Below, in pieces: positions 51,986-64,000 of a stretch of 64,000 nucleotides of DNA. A program made the translations under genes and the position numbers. The DNA lies in contig OZ059894.1 in assembly GCA_964057225.1 (NCBI GenBank), positions 3,596,001-3,660,000 of the forward strand, in the 5' to 3' direction. Every line of letters starts with the position of its first letter. Position 1 is the first letter of the stretch. The notes beneath the pieces are model-generated. The model did not search any database, had not been told where the DNA came from, and saw only the letters and a list, made by a program, of their open reading frames with translations. The DNA is from Auanema rhodensis (taxonomy: Eukaryota; Animalia; Nematoda).

Positions 51986-54900
51986 ATTTTAAAGTCATGG
52001 TTGCCATGCACCAATATCAATAAAAATTTGTTTTTAGACTAATATGGAAATGAGGAATCTAATTTTGAAAACCGCATCTCTTTATCTTTCACGTGAAGCG
52101 AGTTACATACCAAGCGCACATCATGTGTACACTTAATTAGCATAAATTAAAGTTCACGTAAATTTCAAAGTCATGGTTACCATGCACCAATATTAATAAA
52201 AATTTGTTTTTAGACTAATATGGACATGGGGAATCTAATTTTGAAAACCGCATCTCTTTATCTTTGACGTAAAGCGAGTTACATACCAAGTGCACATCAT
52301 GTGTACACTTAATTAGCATAAATTAAAGTTCACGTAAATTTTAAAGTCATGGTTGCCATGCACCAAGATCAATAAAAATTTGTTTTTAGACTAATATGGA
52401 AATGGGGAATCTATTTTGAAAACCGCATCTCTTTATCTTTCACGTGAAGCGAGTTACATACCAAGTGCACATCATGTGTACACTTAATTAGCATAAATTA
52501 AAGTTCACGTAAATTTCAAAGTCATGGTTACCATGCACCAATATTAATAAAAATTTGTTTTTAGACTAATATGGACATAGGGAATCTAATTTTGAAAACC
52601 GCATCTCTTTATCTTTCACGTGAAGCGAGTTACATACCAAGTGCACATCATGTGTACACTTAATTAGCATAAATTAAAGTTCACGTAAATTTTAAAGTCA
52701 TGGTTGCCATGCACCAAGATCAATAAAAATTTGTTTTTAGACTAATATGGAAATGGGGAATCTATTTTGAAAACCGCATCTCTTTATCTTTCACGTGAAG
52801 CGAGTTACTTACCAAGTGCACATCATGTGTACACTTAATTAGCATAAATTAAAGTTCACGTAAATTTCAAAGTCATGGTTACCATGCACCAATATTAATA
52901 AAAATTTGTTTTTAGACTAATATGGACATAGGGAATCTAATTTTGAAAACCGCATCTCTTTATCTTTGACTTGAAGCGAGTTACATACCAAGTGCACATC
53001 ATGTGTACACTTAATTAGCATAAATTGAAGTTCACGTAAATTTCAAAGTCATGGTTACCATCCACCAATATCAACAAAAATGTGTTTTTAGACTAATATG
53101 GACATGGGGAATCTAATTTTGAAAACCGCATCTCTTCATCTTTCACGTGAAGCGAGTTACATACCAAGTGCACATCACGTGTACACTTAATTAGCATAAA
53201 TTGAAGTTCACGTAAATTTCAAAGTCATGGTTACCATGCACCAATATCAATAAAAATTTGTTTTTAGACTAATATGGAAATGGGGAATCTAATTTTGAAA
53301 ACCGCATCTCTTCATCTTTCACGTGAAGCGAGTTACATACCAAGTGCACATCATGTGTACACTTAATTAGCATAAATTAAAGTTCACGTAAATTTCAAAG
53401 TCATGGTTACCATGCACCAATATCAATAAAAATTTGTTTTTAGACTAATATGGACATGGGGAATCTAATTTTGAAAACCGCATCTCTTTATCTTTGACGT
53501 AAAGCGAGTTACATACCAAGTGCACATCATGTGTACACTTAATTAGCATAAATTAAAGTTCACGTAAATTTCAAAGTCATGGTTACCATGCACCAATATC
53601 AATAAAAATTTGTTTTTAGACTAATAGGGACATAGGGAATCTAATTTTGAAAACCGCATCTCTTTATCTTTGACGTAAAGCGAGTTACATACCAAGTGCA
53701 CATCATGTGTACACTTAATTAGCATAAATTAAAGTTCACGTAAATTTCAAAGTCATGGTTACCATGCACCAATATCAATTAAAATTTGTTTTTAGACTAA
53801 TATGGACATAGGGAATCTAATTTTGAAAACCGCATCTCTTTATCTTTGACGTAAAGCGAGTTACATACCAAGTGCACATCATGTGTACACTTAATTAGCA
53901 TAAATTAAAGTTCACGTAAATTTCAAAGTCATGGTTACCATGCACCAATATTAATAAAAATTTGTTTTTAGACTAATATGGACATAGGGAATCTAATTTT
54001 GAAAACCGCATCTCTTTATCTTTGACGTAAAGCGAGTTACATACCAAGTGCACATCATGTGTACACTTAATTAGCATAAATTAAAGTTCACGTAAATTTC
54101 AAAGTCATGGTTACCATGCACCAATATCAATAAAAATTTGTTTTTAGACTAATATGGAAATGGGGAATCTAATTTTGAAAACCGCATCTCTTTATCTTTC
54201 ACGTGAAGCGAGTTACATACCAAGTGCACATCATGTGTACACTTAATTAGCATAAACTAAAGTTCACGTAAATTTTAAAGTCATGGTTGCCATGCACCAA
54301 TATCAATAAAAATTTGTTTTTAGACTAATATGGAAATGAGGAATCTAATTTTGAAAACCGCATCTCTTTATCTTTCACGTGAAGCGAGTTACATACCAAG
54401 CGCACATCATGTGTACACTTAATTAGCATAAATTAAAGTTCACGTAAATTTCAAAGTCATGGTTACCATGCACCAATATTAATAAAAATTTGTTTTTAGA
54501 CTAATATGGACATGGGGAATCTAATTTTGAAAACCGCATCTCTTTATCTTTGACGTAAAGCGAGTTACATACCAAGTGCACATCATGTGTACACTTAATT
54601 AGCATAAATTAAAGTTCACGTAAATTTTAAAGTCATGGTTGCCATGCACCAAGATCAATAAAAATTTGTTTTTAGACTAATATGGAAATGGGGAATCTAT
54701 TTTGAAAACCGCATCTCTTTATCTTTCACGTGAAGCGAGTTACATACCAAGTGCACATCATGTGTACACTTAATTAGCATAAATTAAAGTTCACGTAAAT
54801 TTCAAAGTCATGGTTACCATGCACCAATATTAATAAAAATTTGTTTTTAGACTAATATGGACATAGGGAATCTAATTGTGAAAACCGCATCTCTTTATCT

Positions 54901-57900
54901 TTCACGTGAAGCGAGTTACATACCAAGTGCACATCATGTGTACACTTAATTAGCATAAATTAAAGTTCACGTAAATTTTAAAGTCATGGTTGCCATGCAC
55001 CAAGATCAATAAAAATTTGTTTTTAGACTAATATGGAAATGGGGAATCTATTTTGAAAACCGCATCTCTTTATCTTTCACGTGAAGCGAGTTACATACCA
55101 AGTGCACATCATGTGTACACTTAATTAGCATAAATTAAAGTTCACGTAAATTTCAAAGTCATGGTTACCATGCACCAATATTAATAAAAATTTGTTTTTA
55201 GACTAATATGGACATAGGGAATCTAATTTTGAAAACCGCATCTCTTTATCTTTCACGTGAAGCGAGTTACATACCAAGTGCACATCATGTGTACACTTAA
55301 TTAGCATAAATTAAAGTTCACGTAAATTTTAAAGTCATGGTTGCCATGCACCAAGATCAATAAAAATTTGTTTTTAGACTAATATGGAAATGGGGAATCT
55401 ATTTTGAAAACCGCATCTCTTTATCTTTCACGTGAAGCGAGTTACTTACCAAGTGCACATCATGTGTACACTTAATTAGCATAAATTAAAGTTCACGTAA
55501 ATTTCAAAGTCATGGTTACCATGCACCAATATTAATAAAAATTTGTTTTTAGACTAATATGGACATAGGGAATCTAATTTTGAAAACCGCATCTCTTTAT
55601 CTTTGACTTGAAGCGAGTTACATACCAAGTGCACATCATGTGTACACTTAATTAGCATAAATTGAAGTTCACGTAAATTTCAAAGTCATGGTTACCATCC
55701 ACCAATATCAACAAAAATGTGTTTTTAGACTAATATGGACATGGGGAATCTAATTTTGAAAACCGCATCTCTTCATCTTTCACGTGAAGCGAGTTACATA
55801 CCAAGTGCACATCACGTGTACACTTAATTAGCATAAATTGAAGTTCACGTAAATTTCAAAGTCATGGTTACCATGCACCAATATCAATAAAAATTTGTTT
55901 TTAGACTAATATGGAAATGGGGAATCTAATTTTGAAAACCGCATCTCTTCATCTTTCACGTGAAGCGAGTTACATACCAAGTGCACATCATGTGTACACT
56001 TAATTAGCATAAATTAAAGTTCACGTAAATTTCAAAGTCATGGTTACCATGCACCAATATCAATAAAAATTTGTTTTTAGACTAATATGGACATGGGGAA
56101 TCTAATTTTGAAAACCGCATCTCTTTATCTTTGACGTAAAGCGAGTTACATACCAAGTGCACATCATGTGTACACTTAATTAGCATAAATTAAAGTTCAC
56201 GTAAATTTCAAAGTCATGGTTACCATGCACCAATATCAATAAAAATTTGTTTTTAGACTAATATGGAAATGGGGAATCTAATTTTGAAAACCGCATCTCT
56301 TTATCTTTGACGTAAAGCGAGTTACATACCAAGTGCACATCATGTGTACACTTAATTAGCATAAATTAAAGTTCACGTAAATTTCAAAGTCATGGTTACC
56401 ATGCACCAATATCAATAAAAATTTGTTTTTAGACTAATAGGGACATAGGGAATCTAATTTTGAAAACCGCATCTCTTTATCTTTGACGTAAAGCGAGTTA
56501 CATACCAAGTGCACATCATGTGTACACTTAATTAGCATAAATTAAAGTTCACGTAAATTTCAAAGTCATGGTTACCATGCACCAATATTAATAAAAATTT
56601 GTTTTTAGACTAATATGGACATAGGGAATCTAATTTTGAAAACCGCATCTCTTTATCTTTGACGTAAAGCGAGTTACATACCAAGTGCACATCATGTGTA
56701 CACTTAATTAGCATAAATTAAAGTTCACGTAAATTTCAAAGTCATGGTTACCATGCACCAATATCAATAAAAATTTGTTTTTAGACTAATATGGAAATGG
56801 GGAATCTAATTTTGAAAACCGCATCTCTTCATCTTTGACGTGAAGCGAGTTACATACCAAGTGCACATCATGTGTACACTTAATTAGCATAAACTAAAGT
56901 TCACGTAAATTTTAAAGTCATGGTTGCCATGCACCAATATCAATAAAAATTTGTTTTTAGACTAATATGGAAATGAGGAATCTAATTTTGAAAACCGCAT
57001 CTCTTTATCTTTCACGTGAAGCGAGTTACATACCAAGCGCACATCATGTGTACACTTAATTAGCATAAATTAAAGTTCACGTAAATTTCAAAGTCATGGT
57101 TACCATGCACCAATATTAATAAAAATTTGTTTTTAGACTAATATGGACATGGGGAATCTAATTTTGAAAACCGCATCTCTTTATCTTTGACGTAAAGCGA
57201 GTTACATACCAAGTGCACATCATGTGTACACTTAATTAGCATAAATTAAAGTTCACGTAAATTTTAAAGTCATGGTTGCCATGCACCAAGATCAATAAAA
57301 ATTTGTTTTTAGACTAATATGGAAATGGGGAATCTATTTTGAAAACCGCATCTCTTTATCTTTCACGTGAAGCGAGTTACATACCAAGTGCACATCATGT
57401 GTACACTTAATTAGCATAAATTAAAGTTCACGTAAATTTCAAAGTCATGGTTACCATGCACCAATATTAATAAAAATTTGTTTTTAGACTAATATGGACA
57501 TAGGGAATCTAATTGTGAAAACCGCATCTCTTTATCTTTCACGTGAAGCGAGTTACATACCAAGTGCACATCATGTGTACACTTAATTAGCATAAATTAA
57601 AGTTCACGTAAATTTTAAAGTCATGGTTGCCATGCACCAAGATCAATAAAAATTTGTTTTTAGACTAATATGGAAATGGGGAATTTATTTTGAAAACCGC
57701 ATCTCTTTATCTGTCACGTGAAGCGAGTTACATACCAAGTGCACATCATGTGTACACTTAATTAGCATAAATTAAAGTTCACGTAAATTTCAAAGTCATG
57801 GTTACCATGCACCAATATTAATAAAAATTTGTTTTTAGACTAATATGGATATAGGGAATCTAATTTTGAAAACCGCATCTCTTTATCTTTGACTTGAAGC

Positions 57901-60900
57901 GAGTTACATACCAAGTGCACATCATGTGTACACTTAATTAGCATAAATTGAAGTTCACGTAAAATTCAAAGTCATGGTTACCATCCACCAATATCAACAA
58001 AAATGTGTTTTTAGACTAATATGGACATGGGGAATCTAATTTTGAAAACCGCATCTCTTCATCTTTCACGTGAAGCGAGTTACATACCAAGTGCACATCA
58101 CGTGTACACTTAATTAGCATAAATTGAAGTTCACGTAAATTTCAAAGTCATGGTTACCATGCACCAATATCAATAAAAATTTGTTTTTAGACTAATATGG
58201 AAATGGGGAATCTAATTTTGAAAACCGCATCTCTTCATCTTTCACGTGAAGCGAGTTACATACCAAGTGCACATCATGTGTACACTTAATTAGCATAAAT
58301 TAAAGTTCACGTAAATTTCAAAGTCATGGTTACCATGCACCAATATCAATAAAAATTTGTTTTTAGACTAATATGGACATGGGGAATCTAATTTTGAAAA
58401 CCGCATCCCTTTATCTTTCACGTGAAGCGAGTTACATACCAAGTGCACATCACGTGTACACTTAATAAGCATAAATTAAAGTTCACGTAAATTTCAAAGT
58501 CATGGTTACCATGCACCAATATCAATAAAAATTTGTTTTTAGACTAATATGGACATGAGGAATCTAATTTTGAAAACCGCATCTCTTCATCTTTCATGTG
58601 AAGCGAGTTACATACCAAGTGCACATCATGTGTACACTTAATTAGCATAAATTAAAGTTCACGTAAATTTCAAAGTCATGGTTACCATGCACCAATATTA
58701 ATAAAAATTTGTTTTTAGACTAATATGGATATAGGGAATCTAATTTTGAAAACCGCATCTCTTTATCTTTGACTTGAAGCGAGTTACATACCAAGTGCAC
58801 ATCATGTGTACACTTAATTAGCATAAATTGAAGTTCACGTAAAATTCAAAGTCATGGTTACCATCCACCAATATCAACAAAAATGTGTTTTTAGACTAAT
58901 ATGGACATGGGGAATCTAATTTTGAAAACCGCATCTCTTCATCTTTCACGTGAAGCGAGTTACATACCAAGTGCACATCACGTGTACACTTAATTAGCAT
59001 AAATTGAAGTTCACGTAAATTTCAAAGTCATGGTTACCATGCACCAATATCAATAAAAATTTGTTTTTAGACTAATATGGAAATGGGGAATCTAATTTTG
59101 AAAACCGCATCTCTTCATCTTTCACGTGAAGCGAGTTACATACCAAGTGCACATCATGTGTACACTTAATTAGCATAAATTAAAGTTCACGTAAATTTCA
59201 AAGTCATGGTTACCATGCACCAATATCAATAAAAATTTGTTTTTAGACTAATATGGACATGAGGAATCTAATTTTGAAAACCGCATCTCTTCATCTTTCA
59301 TGTGAAGCGAGTTACATACCAAGTGCACATCATGTGTACACTTAATTAGCATAAATTAAAGTTCACGTAAATTTCAAAGTCATGGTTACCATGCACCAAT
59401 ATTAATAAAAATTTGTTTTTAGACTAATATGGACATGGGGAATCTAATTTTGAAAACCGCATCTCTTTATCTTTGACGTGAAGCGAGTTACATACCAAGT
59501 GCACATCATGTGTACACTTAATTAGCATAAACTAAAGTTCACGTAAATTTTAAAGTCATGGTTGCCATGCACCAATATCAATAAAAATTTGTTTTTAGAC
59601 TAATATGGAAATGAGGAATCTAATTTTGAAAACCGCATCTCTTTATCTTTCACGTGAAGCGAGTTACATACCAAGCGCACATCATGTGTACACTTAATTA
59701 GCATAAATTAAAGTTCACGTAAATTTCAAAGTCATGGTTACCATGCACCAATATTAATAAAAATTTGTTTTTAGACTAATATGGACATGGGGAATCTAAT
59801 TTTGAAAACCGCATCTCTTTATCTTTGACGTAAAGCGAGTTACATACCAAGTGCACATCATGTGTACACTTAATTAGCATAAATTAAAGTTCACGTAAAT
59901 TTTAAAGTCATGGTTGCCATGCACCAAGATCAATAAAAATTTGTTTTTAGACTAATATGGAAATGGGGAATCTATTTTGAAAACCGCATCTCTTTATCTT
60001 TCACGTGAAGCGAGTTACATACCAAGTGCACATCATGTGTACACTTAATTAGCATAAATTAAAGTTCACGTAAATTTCAAAGTCATGGTTACCATGCACC
60101 AATATTAATAAAAATTTGTTTTTAGACTAATATGGACATAGGGAATCTAATTTTGAAAACCGCATCTCTTTATCTTTCACGTGAAGCGAGTTACATACCA
60201 AGTGCACATCATGTGTACACTTAATTAGCATAAATTAAAGTTCACGTAAATTTTAAAGTCATGGTTGCCATGCACCAAGATCAATAAAAATTTGTTTTTA
60301 GACTAATATGGAAATGGGGAATCTATTTTGAAAACCGCATCTCTTTATCTTTCACGTGAAGCGAGTTACTTACCAAGTGCACATCATGTGTACACTTAAT
60401 TAGCATAAATTAAAGTTCACGTAAATTTCAAAGTCATGGTTACCATGCACCAATATTAATAAAAATTTGTTTTTAGACTAATATGGACATAGGGAATCTA
60501 ATTTTGAAAACCGCATCTCTTTATCTTTGACTTGAAGCGAGTTACATACCAAGTGCACATCATGTGTACACTTAATTAGCATAAATTGAAGTTCACGTAA
60601 ATTTCAAAGTCATGGTTACCATCCACCAATATCAACAAAAATGTGTTTTTAGACTAATATGGACATGGGGAATCTAATTTTGAAAACCGCATCTCTTCAT
60701 CTTTCACGTGAAGCGAGTTACATACCAAGTGCACATCACGTGTACACTTAATTAGCATAAATTGAAGTTCACGTAAATTTCAAAGTCATGGTTACCATGC
60801 ACCAATATCAATAAAAATTTGTTTTTAGACTAATATGGAAATGGGGAATCTAATTTTGAAAACCGCATCTCTTCATCTTTCACGTGAAGCGAGTTACATA

Positions 60901-63900
60901 CCAAGTGCACATCATGTGTACACTTAATTAGCATAAATTAAAGTTCACGTAAATTTCAAAGTCATGGTTACCATGCACCAATATCAATAAAAATTTGTTT
61001 TTAGACTAATATGGACATGGGGAATCTAATTTTGAAAACCGCATCTCTTTATCTTTGACGTAAAGCGAGTTACATACCAAGTGCACATCATGTGTACACT
61101 TAATTAGCATAAATTAAAGTTCACGTAAATTTCAAAGTCATGGTTACCATGCACCAATATCAATAAAAATTTGTTTTTAGACTAATATGGAAATGGGGAA
61201 TCTAATTTTGAAAACCGCATCTCTTTATCTTTGACGTAAAGCGAGTTACATACCAAGTGCACATCATGTGTACACTTAATTAGCATAAATTAAAGTTCAC
61301 GTAAATTTCAAAGTCATGGTTACCATGCACCAATATCAATAAAAATTTGTTTTTAGACTAATAGGGACATAGGGAATCTAATTTTGAAAACCGCATCTCT
61401 TTATCTTTGACGTAAAGCGAGTTACATACCAAGTGCACATCATGTGTACACTTAATTAGCATAAATTAAAGTTCACGTAAATTTCAAAGTCATGGTTACC
61501 ATGCACCAATATTAATAAAAATTTGTTTTTAGACTAATATGGACATAGGGAATCTAATTTTGGAAACCGCATCTCTTTATCTTTGACGTAAAGCGAGTTA
61601 CATACCAAGTGCACATCATGTGTACACTTAATTAGCATAAATTAAAGTTCACGTAAATTTCAAAGTCATGGTTACCATGCACCAATATCAATAAAAATTT
61701 GTTTTTAGACTAATATGGAAATGAGGAATCTAATTTTGAAAACCGCATCTCTTTATCTTTCACGTGAAGCGAGTTACATACCAAGCGCACATCATGTGTA
61801 CACTTAATTAGCATAAATTAAAGTTCACGTAAATTTCAAAGTCATGGTTACCATGCACCAATATTAATAAAAATTTGTTTTTAGACTAATATGGAAATGG
61901 GGAATTTATTTTGAAAACCGCATCTCTTTATCTTTCACGTGAAGCGAGTTACATACCAAGTGCACATCATGTGTACACTTAATTAGCATAAATTAAAGTT
62001 CACGTAAATTTTAAAGTCATGGTTGCCATGCACCAAGATCAATAAAAATTTGTTTTTAGACTAATATGGAAATGGGGAATTTATTTTGAAAACCGCATCT
62101 CTTTATCTGTCACGTGAAGCGAGTTACATACCAAGTGCACATCATGTGTACACTTAATTAGCATAAATTAAAGTTCACGTAAATTTCAAAGTCATGGTTA
62201 CCATGCACCAATATTAATAAAAATTTGTTTTTAGACTAATATGGATATAGGGAATCTAATTTTGAAAACCGCATCTCTTTATCTTTGACTTGAAGCGAGT
62301 TACATACCAAGTGCACATCATGTGTACACTTAATTAGCATAAATTGAAGTTCACGTAAAATTCAAAGTCATGGTTACCATCCACCAATATCAACAAAAAT
62401 GTGTTTTTAGACTAATATGGACATGGGGAATCTAATTTTGAAAACCGCATCTCTTCATCTTTCACGTGAAGCGAGTTACATACCAAGTGCACATCACGTG
62501 TACACTTAATTAGCATAAATTGAAGTTCACGTAAATTTCAAAGTCATGGTTACCATGCACCAATATCAATAAAAATTTGTTTTTAGACTAATATGGAAAT
62601 GGGGAATCTAATTTTGAAAACCGCATCTCTTCATCTTTCACGTGAAGCGAGTTACATACCAAGTGCACATCATGTGTACACTTAATTAGCATAAATTAAA
62701 CTTCACGTAAATTTCAAAGTCATGGTTACCATGCACCAATATTAATAAAAATTTGTTTTTAGACTAATATGGACATGGGGAATCTAATTTTGAAAACCGC
62801 ATCCCTTTATCTTTCACGTGAAGCGAGTTACATACCAAGTGCACATCACGTGTACACTTAATAAGCATAAATTAAAGTTCACGTAAATTTCAAAGTCATG
62901 GTTACCATGCACCAATATCAATAAAAATTTGTTTTTAGACTAATATGGACATGAGGAATCTAATTTTGAAAACCGCATCTCTTCATCTTTCATGTGAAGC
63001 GAGTTACATACCAAGTGCACATCATGTGTACACTTAATTAGCATAAATTAAAGTTCACGTAAATTTCAAAGTCATGGTTACCATGCACCAATATTAATAA
63101 AAATTTGTTTTTAGACTAATATGGACATGGGGAATCTAATTTTGAAAACCGCATCTCTTTATCTTTGACGTGAAGCGAGTTACATACCAAGTGCACATCA
63201 TGTGTACACTTAATTAGCATAAATTAAAGTTCACGTAAATTTCAAAGTCATGGTTACCATGCACCAATATTAATAAAAATTTGTTTTTAGACTAATATGG
63301 ACATAGGGAATCTAATTTTGAAAACCGCATCTCTTTATCTTTGACTTGAAGCGAGTTACATACCAAGTGAACATCATGTGTACACTTAATTAGCATAAAT
63401 TAAAGTTCACGTAAATTTCAAAGTCATGGTTACCATGCACCAATATTAATAAAAATTTGTTTTTAGACTAATATGGACATAGGGAATCTAATTTTGAAAA
63501 CCGCATCTCTTTATCTTTGACGTAAAGCGAGTTACATACCAAGTGCACATCATGTGTACACTTAATTAGCATAAATTAAAGTTCACGTAAATTTCAAAGT
63601 CATGGTTACCATGCACCAATATCAATAAAAATTTGTTTTTAGACTAATATGGAAATGGGGAATCTAATTTTGAAAACCGCATCTCTTCATCTTTCACGTG
63701 AAGCGAGTTACATACCAAGTGCACATCATGTGTACACTTAATTAGCATAAATTAAAGTTCACGTAAATTTCAAAGTCATGGTTACCATGCACCAATAATA
63801 ATAAAAATTTGTTTTTAGACTAATATGGACATGGGGAATCTAATTTTGAAAACCGCATCTCTTTATCTTTGACGTGAAGCGAATTACATACCAAGTGCAC
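51810..63900. repeat. Distinct satellite subfamily domain with a variable 12-15-monomer higher-order repeat (about 2.1-2.64 kb)
   Basis: The variant C of CATAAACTAAAG is at 51971, 54257, 56894 and 59532 (offsets 2286, 2637, 2638). GGAAATGAGG+AGCGC monomers follow the same spacing and recur near 61718. Domain markers are CAAGATC, CATAGGG, TTACTTACC, GGATAT and AATAGGG. Confidence 0.85.
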
Positions 63901-64000
63901 ATCATGTGTACACTTAATTAGCATAAATTTAAGTTCACGTAAATTTTAAAGTCATGGTTGCCATGCACCAATATCAATAAAAATTTGTTTTTAGACTAAC

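Larger units (their letters stand above)
1..64000. repeat. 176-bp tandem satellite DNA array (about 363 monomers, single orientation, running off both window ends); candidate centromeric/pericentromeric satellite
   Basis: TCATGGTTAC recurs at 11, 187, 363, 539 and so on (period 176) throughout the window. Monomers differ from consensus by only a few substitutions or small homopolymer indels. No non-satellite sequence was seen. The satellite call is direct; the centromeric role is inferred. Confidence 0.99.

Noticed and set aside
1-64000. Protein-coding ORFs (several ATGs per monomer)
   Set aside because: Forward stops at monomer 37/76, 51 and 56 cover all three frames. Reverse-strand stops (TCA 11, TCA/TTA 33, CTA 55) do likewise, so no ORF can exceed about one monomer.
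1-64000. CRISPR array (palindromic repeats at regular spacing)
   Set aside because: There are no unique spacers; the whole 176-bp unit repeats, and no cas genes or leader are present.
1-64000. Array is purely an assembly collapse or synthetic artefact
   Set aside because: Structured, colinear rare variants and chimeric monomers indicate real evolutionary history, although individual near-identical duplications still need read-level validation.

Overview
The whole 64 kb window is one uninterrupted, head-to-tail, single-orientation tandem array of an AT-rich (about 32% GC, counted from the consensus) 176-bp satellite, roughly 363 monomers. Consensus read from position 1: AATTTCAAAGTCATGGTTACCATGCACCAATATCAATAAAAATTTGTTTTTAGACTAATATGGACATGGGGAATCTAATTTTGAAAACCGCATCTCTTTATCTTTCACGTGAAGCGAGTTACATACCAAGTGCACATCATGTGTACACTTAATTAGCATAAATTAAAGTTCACGTA. 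I found no genes, RNA genes, transposons or CRISPR spacers; every monomer has stop codons in all six frames. The informative structure lies in the variants. Recurring monomer types (175, 176 and 179 bp) form nested higher-order repeats: an 886-bp 5-mer, a 1058-bp 6-mer, a 1232-bp offset duplication, a 12-15-mer of about 2.6 kb and a 4591-bp offset duplication. These sit within or beside a 25-27.5 kb offset super-duplication (1-23 kb versus 27.5-48.3 kb), followed by a distinct subfamily domain from about 49 kb. The monomer is rich in short dyad symmetries and has three TCACGT cores spaced 32-33 bp apart. The nucleosome-scale monomer, homogeneity and higher-order structure resemble eukaryotic centromeric satellite, but that is inference. 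I do not recognise the family or the organism. Offsets were counted by hand from marker variants, and block boundaries are approximate to about one monomer.
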